A stretch of DNA of 64,000 bases from positions 1,443,653-1,507,652 of the forward strand of contig OX638335.1 in the NCBI GenBank assembly GCA_951812785.1. The letters are read 5' to 3'. Under the pieces are notes generated by a model. That model was given only the letters and a program-made list of their open reading frames with translations. It searched no databases and had not been told where the DNA came from. Origin of the DNA: an uncultured Gammaproteobacteria bacterium (GTDB lineage Bacteria; Pseudomonadota; Gammaproteobacteria; UBA4575). The position numbers and the translations under genes were made by a program. Shown here piece by piece: positions 12,888 to 23,500 of the stretch (position 1 is its first letter; every line of letters starts with the position of its first letter).

Positions 12888-14440
12888 CTAATTGTCAGAT
12901 CGGGTCTGAGCTATTACAGCTGAAGCTAATATTGATTGTTTATTTTTTTCTGCTTTTATCAATTGAACATCAAGCTCATTTTCCATATGCGTAATGCTTG
13001 TTATTTTTTCATCAATCAGTCTTATAATTTCTTCTTGCTCTACCCGGTTAGGTATTAATACATTCATATTTCGCACGCCTTGTACATTCACACCTTTAAC
13101 TGCCACCCCACGAGCGACGACTTTAAAATAGTGCTGTGCTACATTGCTATCTATAAATAGCTGAAGATATTCATTTAATATTGGTGATATCGCCGAAATT
13201 CGCACTGTATCTTGAGTGATATTTCCGCCCTCAAGCTCGACTGGTGCGATTGCTGTCCGCCCATACGTTCCTCGTATAGTTAAGAGCAGATCACCTTGAG
13301 ACAATGATGCTCTTTCATACTTTTTAGCGATTTCAGGTGCTGTTCGATTAAGTTGTTCGAGGAGTACTTTCCCTCCTTTGATATCCTTCACCTTGACGTA
13401 AAGAACTCCATCTTTGACGTTCTCTTTTGGCATCAGGATCCCATAACAAATCACACGCACAGGATCAGTAATACTTTCTAATGTTGATATTGCCCATTCT
13501 TCTGGTACATCAAGACTCATATGCGGATTCGGTTCTTCTAATTTATACTTCTCCTTCCACTTTCCATCCTTTGGCATTTTGCCTTTGGCTTTGAATTGTT
13601 CGAGTTGTTGTTCTTCCCATTTTTGGCGGCGTTCTTTGAGGATGCGTTCGAGTAGTTGGGAGGCGGGTTCGAGTTTGGTCGCTCCCGGCGTCCTGCCTCC
13701 CACGACATTAGCACTTCCTTGTGCGTCATCTTTGATTCTTGCTTCGCGCCATTCCTTGGTGAGTTCACCAGTGACGGCGGCTTTGAGAACGAATTGGCGG
13801 TATTGTTTGAGGAGTTTTTTGGCTTTTTTAGGACTTCAATGCCGGCGTCGATATGGGAGAAGAATTCTTCGATTTTGGCAACGATGCGTTTTGTTGTTCA
13901 TACGGTGCAATAGGTAACTGTAAACTTCGCATAAACTTTAAATTTACACGAGGTCTTGTCGTCCCTTTAGTATTCTCTTTAAATTGCTGAATGACTCTGT
14001 GAGAGTTAATTAAATATGCAATATATTTCGTATCAACTTGATCATCTGGCAATCTAGCGCGTACGAGATCAGCAACAATTATTCCTTCTCCAATACTTTT
14101 TGGTGCAATACAAGCTACTCCTAAAGGCGCGCCCAATTTTGTTATTAATAGATCACCAGGTTTAAAACTATGCTTCGAGAGTTGTTCTGCTTTTTCAGGT
14201 GTTACACATCTAATATTCTTACTCTAGGAAGTAATTGCGTTTAATATTCTGTAGACGAACTATTGGTACACCAGATTCAGTGTACTCACTAGCTTTTAGG
14301 TTTGAACCGAATGGTCCATCGATAATGTCCATCTTTGGGTTAACTGATAAATCAGCAAGCTCTGCCAACACCCAACCTTCAGGCAATTCATTCTCCTGGA
14401 TTCCCGCCTGCGCGGGAATGACGGTGTTTGCCTTACTCAT
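12888..14440 (-). pseudogene. hsdS: type I restriction-modification specificity subunit HsdS, broken into at least three frame segments
   Basis: Segments 14219-14440 (N-terminus), 13828-14136 and 12888-13703 carry HsdS target-recognition and conserved-repeat signatures (..GAPLGVACIAP..IIVADLVRARL.., ..LLLTIRGTYGRTAIAP..). Start overlaps the upstream gene's stop as ATGA. Confidence 0.75.
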
Positions 14441-17294
14441 GCAATGAGGTATCCGTTCAATTCTTGTATTAACTTATCTAAATCTTTCCCAAACAACTCC
14501 CTCGCCTTTAACAACCCACCCTCCTGATTAAAGGGGATGTAGTTGAAGTCGTCTACTGTCATTTCGGCATTTTGGGCGATTTGGTCTTTTATTTTGTTGA
14601 GCCAGGCGAGTTGTTCGTTTGTGAAAGGAAGACTATTATCTTACTGGATTCCCGTTTTCACTGGAAACTGCTCCTGCGTTTCCTGTACTTCCGCCATCCA
14701 TGACGGTCGCGCGGGAATAACGAGTAGTGTCGCTCGAATGACGTTGTGTTTCTTGTTGTTTTAGCCAGTTTTCAAAGCGTTCATTCACTAGATCATTAAA
14801 AGGTTCAAGGACATCACTCAGACCTGTTGAAAAACGAATGAGGCTGATGATGTTGGTTAGTAGTTCTTTGGCTGGCACGCCTTTGACTTTGTTTTTTTCT
14901 AATTGCTCGTAGCTTTCCATACTTGTATGGGTGCCAGGTTATAGGGTGGTTGTTGTATTGCCTCGGCGAGTTTTTCGATTTGGTCGTAACTTAAATGGCG
15001 TTGTTGATAAGGTTGTTGGTAGATGAGTTATATGGCATCTAATTCGTTTTGATGATCGTTAATAAATTGTTGGCAGTTTTTAATAAGCCCTTCTGCTTTT
15101 TCTGTGGTGTAGCCACTTTGTTCGTGAATAAGTTCATCGGCGGATTCGTCGATGATTTGTTCGCTATCTTTGCGTAGTGATTCTAGGAGTTCACGCAGTT
15201 TTGGATTATGAATGGCATAAATCAATAAATCTGCTTTAGGTTTGAAAGTAGTTTGAATGTCATCGTCATTGACTTCTTCTTTGCCTGTTTTGGCTTGCGC
15301 TTCTTTACCAGCGCATCTTCATTGGTGCCATGTATTAGATTTGAAGCGATTGCTGTTAGCGTTGTGGGTGGCAATAGGCTTGCATCAAGCTGTTCAGCAA
15401 CTTCTTTGGGTACAGATTCTTTGACTACGTCATCAATTTGTTTGCGTTGATGTTCGTCTAGTTTCATATCTAGTCGCAGCAGGCGATTTCCGAGTGAACG
15501 CAAACTATCACTATGTCGATCTCCTCGGGCAATTTGATGCATAAGTTTTTCTGTGGAGACACTGGGTTTACTTTCTAGTGATTTGGATTCGGTTTTGTCG
15601 CTTTCAGTTACCCCTACACAGTCGAATGAGTACAAATCGTGTTTTAGTTCTTGCATCGGGCGTGACTTTTCTTAATTCGTCTTCACTGAGTATTCGCGTA
15701 CCTCGGCCTTTCATTTGTTCGTAATAGGCTGGGCTTTTTACATCGCACATAAACATAACGATTTCTAATGGTCTGATGTCTGTATCAGTAGCAATCATAT
15801 CGACGGTTACGCCGACACGCAGTTGTGGATTGGTACGAAATTCGGCAATAGTATCTTCAGCGATTTTTTTACCGACTTTATAAGTCACCTTTTTTACAAA
15901 AGGCATTGGATTCAGCAAAGACTTCTCGTACAGTATCGACAATGCGATCAGCATGGTCGTCATCTTTAGCAAAGATTAGGGTTTTTGGTAACCATTCGCC
16001 TGAGCGCTCTGGAAAGATATCTTTATATACACGGTCTTTGAATGATAGTGCGTATTTGATTTGGTGCGATGATCGATTGGTCAATTTGCTTACCGGTATA
16101 TTCTTCAGCCTGGTCTAATTCTTCCAGGCGTTTTTCCTTGGTGGTTTTATCTCGTATTTGCACGGTAGTGCCGGCTTCAATTTTATCTCCTTGAGCGGTT
16201 TTTTTCGTGCGGATACTGTAGACATCGTAACCAACATTCACTTTATCGATGACGGCATCTTCATGCGTGTATTCACTGACGAGATTTTGATTAAAGAAAC
16301 CGATGGTTTTCTTTGTTGGTGTTGCAGTAAGGCCAATTAGAAATGCATCAAAATATTCCAGCACTTGCCGCCATAGGTTATAGATCGAGCGATGGCATTC
16401 ATCGACAATGACTACATCAAAGGTTTCAATGAGAATACTTGAGTTATAGCTGATGTCTCTAGATTTTTGGTTAAAGCTGTTTGCATCGGCTTCATAGCCT
16501 GAGACTTCGTCAATATCATCATCCAGCTCATTGTTCGTTAGTCTTGAATAGAGTCGCTGAATAGTAGAAATGGTCACTTTGATTTCATCACCAATGCCCG
16601 CCTGCCCCAGAATATGTGCATTATAAAGCTCTGTGAATTTACGCCCATCCTCTGGCACAGTGTACTGCTGGAATTCTTTTAATGCCTGACGCCCGAGGTT
16701 ACCTTGATCAACTAAAAACAATACGCGTTTTACCTTAGCAAATTTCGCTAAGCGATAAATCTCGGTGACGGCTGTAAACGTTTTACCTGAACCCGTTGCC
16801 ATTTGTAATAAAGCACGTGGCTTGGCTTGTTTAAGACTATTCTAGATTCCTGTGATGGCTTCGATTTGGCATTTGCGCAGACCCTTTTTGTTTAGATCTG
16901 GTAGTTGTTGCAAACGATCACGCTCATCCCTAAAGCGGACTGCAATATTAGTCGCCTCGTAAAGAAATGGAAGCGGATGATCTTCTGGTAACCAACATTC
17001 TATGTGTTTGGTGTTTGAAGTCGCATAACGGGCAGACTGCTCTGCGACTTTGCCCAAATTTGCACCTTCACGTTTGGCTTCAATGATCCCGCAGGCTTTG
17101 CCTTATATAAAAAGCATGTAATCAGCAGGACCAGTGTCGGTATCCATTTCACGAACCGCTATGCCGTGAATACCGTATTCTCCAGCGACAAGATTCATAT
17201 CTTTCTTATTCTGAATCTCCCAACCAGCAGCGATCAACTTTTCGTCAATTTCTTTGCGTGTTGCAAGTTCGTCTTTGTCGGTTGGAGGAGACAT
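14437..17294 (-). pseudogene. hsdR: type I restriction enzyme HsdR-like helicase/endonuclease subunit, fragmented by many frameshifts
   Basis: N-terminal fragment at 17103-17294. Helicase fragment at 16023-16802 carries motif I MATGSGKT and motif II DECHRS. Further fragments extend to a C-terminal piece ending ..LIQELNGYLIA* at 14437. No hsdM ORF is present anywhere in the locus. Confidence 0.7.
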
Positions 17295-17318
17295 AATTTA
17301 GTTAGTGAATATTAAAGA

Positions 17319-18535
17319 CACCCTGAAGTGTACTGAGTTTAAAGGATACCGAAAGTAAGAGACAATATCTTAGGAGGTATTCGATGACTCAACGCAAGAT
17401 CTACACAAAGGAATTTAAGCTAGAAGCGGTTCGTTTATTAACGCAAAGTGACTGTCCGACCACGGAGTTAGCCTTGGCGCTTGGGGTGAAACGGAGTCTG
17501 CTCTATTGATGGCAGCAACCATTTCAAACACAGGGCGAATCGGCTTTTACAGGGAAACTAGGTCGCCCTAAGAAAGAAGCAATGAGTGAGGCGGCTCGCC
17601 TCAGGCAAGAGGTTAAGCAGCTGCGCGAGGCGAATGAGATTCTAAAAAAGGCCGCCGCATACTTTGCCAAAGACCTCAAGTGAAGTATGCGTATATCAAA
17701 GAATGTCGTCCCCTTCATTCTGTAGCAGCTCTGTGTCGCGCTTTGTGCGTGTCTGAAAGTGGTTATTATGCTTGGTTAAATAGCGCACCTAGCCCTCGTC
17801 AACAAACGTCAATCGAAACAGTGTTATGGCATTCTTAAGTGTTGGAAACAGTTAATGCAGGAAGGGATTAGTGGTGGGCGTGATCGCGTCGCTCGTCTTC
17901 GACGACAACAGGCTATTGATGCAAAACGAAGAAAACGCTTTGTGGTGACGACACGATCTAAACATCGCGACTGGATTGCGCCGAACCGACTGAAACGCAA
18001 CTTTACGGTCACTCAGCCGAATCAAGTATGGGTAGGCGATGTAACGTTTGTTGCAACCCGTCAAGGTTGGTTGTATGTAGCGGTGCTGGTTGATCTGTAC
18101 CGCCGCAAAGTGGTGGGTTGGTCCCTGTCGAAGAACAATAATGGCCCGTTGGTGGAAGATGCGCTAAAGATGGCAATCACGCATCGAAAGCCAAAATCTG
18201 GATTGATTCATCATACAGATCGTGGCCACCTATGCTATGCAGTCGTATCGGAACCTAGTAGAGCAGCAGGGCATGATCTCCAGTATGAGTCGCAAAAAAG
18301 ACTGCTGGGATAATGCGGTGGCAGAAAGCTTCTTCGCTAATTTAAAAAATGCACTAACATACTACCAAACATACAACACACGAGAGGAGGCGCAATCCGC
18401 GATCTTTGAATATATGGAGATCTTTTATAACCGACAGCGGTTATATCAAACTCTCAACTACCAAACACCTGAACAACATGAATTGATGTATCATGCTGCT
18501 TAATTTAATCATCCTTTTTTCTCAGTACACTTCAG
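17319..18535 (+). mobile_element. IS3-family insertion sequence with degraded orfA/orfB
   Basis: 16-bp terminal inverted repeats: CCTGAAGTGTACTGAG at 17319-17334 and CTCAGTACACTTCAGG at 18520-18535. OrfA (17384-17683) has an in-frame TGA at 17507-17509 in the conserved LLYRW motif. OrfB (17690-18503) has the DDE core (..VWVGDVTF..LYVAVLVDLYRRKVVGW..IHHTDRG..) split by stops and frameshifts. Confidence 0.85.
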
Positions 18536-18572
18536 GCTCTGAATATGATCAAATAAACGTGGAGACAGTTTA

Positions 18573-18920
18573 ATGAAAATTAAACCCCTTCGTACCGAAG
18601 CAGAATATGAAGAAGCTTTGGCTGAAGTCGAAAAACTTTGGGGCACTAAACCTGGCACTCCGGAAGGTGACCGCTTAGACGTATTTATTACTTTAGTTGA
18701 AGCGTATGAAAGAGAACATCATAAGATTTCTCCTCCTAACCCTATTGAAGCAATTATTTTTAGAATGGAACAACTGGGGTTAAGCCGCAAAGATTTAGAG
18801 CCTTATTTAGGCAAAAGTGGCAGAGTGTCTGAAGTACTTAATTGAAAGCGAGACTTATCCCTGCGAATGATTAAAACACTGAATCATGAGCTCAATATAC
18901 CGTTAGAGTCTTTAGATTGA
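18573..18920 (+). pseudogene. HigA-like HTH antitoxin with an in-frame TGA
   Basis: MKIKPLRTEAEYEEALAEVEKLWGTKPGTPEGDRLDVFITLVEAYE..LSRKDLEPYLGKSGRVSEVLN*KRDLSLRMIKTLNHELNIPLESLD. TGA at 18843-18845 sits where the family has Arg. No intact partner toxin; the IS3 element abuts upstream. Confidence 0.6.
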
Positions 18921-19273
18921 TAGCCGACCTTAAAGTCACTTAGCTTTAACGGGGTTGGTAATTGCTTAGCGATGATTGATCTGCGAGCTAAACTGGATTT
19001 TCTTCAAAGGAAAATTAGGTATCGCTACGCGATTCAACTTAAGGGTTCAGTACCCTTTAAATATCTTTTGTTGGCCGCCCACATCTAGCTTGGCCCACTT
19101 TTGCTTGCAATATTTCTTCTATCTTTTTTCTAAATCTATTGCTGTCTTACCATCCAAAGCAAGATACTCATTGTGTGGCGTAAGTTTAAAGTCACTATTG
19201 TTAAGTGATCAGAATATCAGCAAACCAACCTATAATTTTCAGTTTGATGCGCACATCGTTTATGGAGCTAAAA

Positions 19274-20476
19274 CTAAATAAAGGGCCTTGACCCACTGCT
19301 GTCCCAGTAACGCGGCGCCAAAGATAAACTAAGTTGAGGTGAACCATGTTTATCTGGTTTTACTTTATTAAATAAACTGAACAAATCGCGCCTAATAAAT
19401 AAATTGGTATGTAGCAGACGAATGATCTGTTGCATGCTTTGTGTTATTTTTGATTGACACTGCATAAATGCAATGAGCAAATAAACACACAATGCTGCTA
19501 GCACTTGAGTCAAGACCGCATTTTTACTGATCCCTAGAAAATTCTTAATCTTTAAGTTTTGTTTAATCCACTTAAAGCATAATTCCACCTGCCAACGTTG
19601 TTTATAGATGTCGGTAATGGTTTGAGCAGACCAATCAAAATGATTGGTGATGAATGCATAATGTTTACCTGTCTGTGGGGCTTGATATCCAACACGACGA
19701 ATGGGGTACAACTGATTGCCGGCACGTTGTTTTGAGGTGTATTTAATGATTTGATCGCGTGTAATGTTGCTGTTTTCAGCGATGGGTTTGCGCTCCACCA
19801 CACGATATAGCGCATTACCTCGAATACGTGTCACCCAATAAATTCCCTTATCTGTTAAGGCTTTATGCCATCGGTAGTGATTGTAGCCCTTGTCAAAGAC
19901 CACTACGGAACCACCAGGAAGGTTTACCACTTCATTTTCAGAAATACAGCTTTCCGTGACCCGCGCGAAGCTTGGAATCAACCCGTCGTGATCTAAGCCC
20001 AGATGCAGTTTGAAGGCGGCTTTCTTGCGATTGTAATCTGCCGAGGGAAACAGTTTCATCAAAGCATCTAGCAAACTACCATCTCACGAAAACAACTTCC
20101 CTTTGCATCGAAACCCATGTCGGGGTGAGTGATGTAAACAACGTTGATAGAGTTGTTCGAACAAAGAAGCATAAAATTGATAATCGCGTTGTTCATTGGC
20201 GCGTGCCAGGGCTGATTTACTGACCGACTGACAACCTAAATGGTAGTGTGTATATTGTTGGTTGATCAGACAACTTTCAATATCACGTAAACTTTGGCGG
20301 CCATTGAGTTGCCCCACGGCTAATGCCACGAATTGGCTCCAACGCGATAGTGCCATCAACCTGATTCGCGAGGCGTTCAAATTCATGTCTCGGGACCATT
20401 TTAAGCATCTGAGATAGGACAGTGTTACAATGCGGCATGGCTTAAATCTCCTTTGTATACAGTGTTTTCTAGACAA
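19274..20476 (-). mobile_element. IS4-family transposase with an in-frame TGA (reads as two ORFs); whole IS spans about 19279-20553
   Basis: ORFs 20084-20476 and 19274-20074 are in the same frame, separated by TGA at 20081-20083. ~30-bp terminal inverted repeats (AAGGGCCTTGACCCACTGCTGTCCCAGTAA at the left end; its near-perfect complement at 20523-20553). Confidence 0.8.
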
Positions 20477-20574
20477 CTACATTGTATCAATTAGTTGAGA
20501 TTTAAGCCTGTTTATCTTCTCCTTACTGGGACAGCAGTGGGTCAACGCCCTTTAATTCTAAAGTGCGTTGTAAA

Positions 20575-23500
20575 TTCCTAAGCTGCCTGTGCGGCAGTAA
20601 ACATTGCGTTGGACTTGTACCGCCCGTTTCGTACTTTCTAAGCTGCCTGTGCGGCAGTAAACGTATGCATCCTTCCGGATGATACCAGTTTAGCTTTCTA
20701 AGCTGCCTGTGCGGCAGCTAACTATCGCGCAGTTCTTTTGAGTCCATGACCCACTTTCTAAGCTGCCTGTGCGGCAGCTAACAAGAATCAGTAGCATTTG
20801 AAGATATACTTGAATTTCTAAGCTGCCTGTGCGGCAGTAAACCTAATGCAGAAATCAACTCACAAGATTTATCATTTCTAAGCTGCCTGTGCGGCAGTAA
20901 ACATCGATCAAGCCGCTGGCCGATTTATATCGCGTTTCTAAGCTGCCTGTGCGGCAGTAAACCACTACCACTTGGTCGCCTCGGCGAAGCAATTTTTCTA
21001 AGCTGCCTGTGCGGCAGTAAACTGGTTAATCATACGACCGACTGACGACTTTGATTTCTAAGCTGCCTGTGCGGCAGTAAACTTCATTTTGTTTCTTCCG
21101 ACTTTCCAATCGTTTTTCTAAGCTGCCTGTGCGGCAGTAAACATGTAAAAAATGCATTAGCTGTTAATGCTGTGTTTCTAAGCTGCCTGTGCGGCAGTAA
21201 ACATCGATCAAGCCGCTGGCCGATTTATATCGCGTTTCTAAGCTGCCTGTGCGGCAGTAAACCACCGAGCAGCCAACACCACGGCCGTTCATCATTTCTA
21301 AGCTGCCTGTGCGGCAGTAAACAATGAAAAACTGGAAAGCAGCAGTGCGAACGTTTTCTAAGCTGCCTGTGCGGCAGTAAACGTACATCGCATATTGAGC
21401 AAGAAGTTATGCAATTTCTAAGCTGCCTGTGCGGCAGTAAACACCCTTGACTTATACCTTGAGATTTTGGTACTGTTTCTAAGCTGCCTGTGCGGCAGTA
21501 AACACTGTCGTAAAATGGTACACGGCGGCGGCGTTTTTCTAAGCTGCCTGTGCGGCAGTAAACGCTACACCACCTGTAATATTGACTTGTGCGCCTTTCT
21601 AAGCTGCCTGTGCGGCAGTAAACTACTTATAGCAACCTCAACTGATGTGGTGTCCTTTCTAAGCTGCCTGTGCGGCAGTAAACTACTTATAGCAACCTCA
21701 ACTGATGTGGTGTCCTTTCTAAGCTGCCTGTGCGGCAGTAAACCTTGTTGTTTTTTGTCGCTCTTAGAGCTGACTTTTCTAAGCTGCCTGTGCGGCAGTA
21801 AACTATTGGCTGTTGTCCAATATGCTGCAACTCTTTTTCTAAGCTGCCTGTGCGGCAGTAAACTAGCGAAGTGGTTCACAGCTGCCCAGTTGGATTTTCT
21901 AAGCTGCCTGTGCGGCAGTAAACGCACCGGTCTAGAAATTATAAGTTTACGAAGATTTCTAAGCTGCCTGTGCGGCAGTAAACCCAACTCGGTCTCAAGT
22001 CAAAAAAATCTACTGTTTCTAAGCTGCCTGTGCGGCAGTAAACGTGATCAAGCAATTGATGTGATCGATAAATTATTTCTAAGCTGCCTGTGCGGCAGTA
22101 AACCGGCGGTGGTAGAGGTGAAGCGATATCAGTGTTTTCTAAGCTGCCTGTGCGGCAGTAAACAATTCTTTTTGTCGCTCATAATTCTTGTCATTTTTCT
22201 AAGCTGCCTGTGCGGCAGTAAACGTTTCTTTCTTTTTATCTCTCTCTCTCCTTTCTAAGCTGCCTGTGCGGCAGTAAACGTTAGCATCACTGCGTTACAA
22301 AATATTACACGTTTCTAAGCTGCCTGTGCGGCAGTAAACAACATGTATATTACCTTTGCCCCAAGCGTTTATTTCTAAGCTGCCTGTGCGGCAGTAAACG
22401 GCTAACGCCGGTGACCAAGATGTCTTTGGATTTTCTAAGCTGCCTGTGCGGCAGTAAACCTGTGCATAGTCAAATAATGCATGGTTTTACATTTCTAAGC
22501 TGCCTGTGCGGCAGTAAACTGCATAAGCATGCCTAAAGACTTTCCTCGTGCTTTCTAAGCTGCCTGTGCGGCAGTAAACGTGGCCGAGGCGAAGCAATAT
22601 CTGTCTGGCTCTTTCTAAGCTGCCTGTGCGGCAGTAAACGGTGGTGGAAAACATGCTCTTAATTTTAGTGATTTCTAAGCTGCCTGTGCGGCAGTAAACC
22701 CGACGCCAGACTACAAAGACCTGAATATTTATTTCTAAGCTGCCTGTGCGGCAGTAAACTCGATACACAGGTGACACAACTCAAAATGTATTTTCTAAGC
22801 TGCCTGTGCGGCAGTAAACTCGTGTCACAGTCAGATAATGCATGGATTTACTTTCTAAGCTGCCTGTGCGGCAGTAAACGTGCAGGAGTAGGTACATTAG
22901 GCGACTATCTATTTCTAAGCTGCCTGTGCGGCAGTAAACGTGGCCGAGGCGAGGCAATATCTGTCTGGCTTTTTCTAAGCTGCCTGTGCGGCAGTAAACG
23001 CAACACGTGAGATCGATGAGATCTTATTAAATTTCTAAGCTGCCTGTGCGGCAGTAAACGTGCGTCTGTTATGCGCGGCACAACAGATAACTTTCTAAGC
23101 TGCCTGTGCGGCAGTAAACTTCGCAGCATCAACACGGGACTACAACACAATTTTCTAAGCTGCCTGTGCGGCAGTAAACGGTTAATGGATTTCTGTGCAC
23201 GCCATTCACCCTTTCTAAGCTGCCTGTGCGGCAGTAAACGGTGCAGGATTTCCCTTTCAGCGAATTGATGGTTTCTAAGCTGCCTGTGCGGCAGTAAACC
23301 TGTTGAGATTTTTGACAATGTCGGCGGTGCATTTCTAAGCTGCCTGTGCGGCAGTAAACACAAAAAGAATTCGCACAAAGTGGCATCAGGTTTTCTAAGC
23401 TGCCTGTGCGGCAGTAAACATGAATACCGGCGAGCTCAATCATCTATCGCATTTCTAAGCTGCCTGTGCGGCAGTAAACTGTCTGTTCGACCGTCTACAA

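Noticed and set aside
17507-20083. Idea that the recurrent in-frame TGA codons reflect UGA recoding (Sec, Trp or Gly) in this organism
   Set aside because: Conserved housekeeping genes in the same window terminate at TGA, TAA and TAG with no internal TGA. Each affected gene is an accessory or mobile-element gene with other lesions nearby, so pseudogenisation by C-to-T transition is the simpler explanation.
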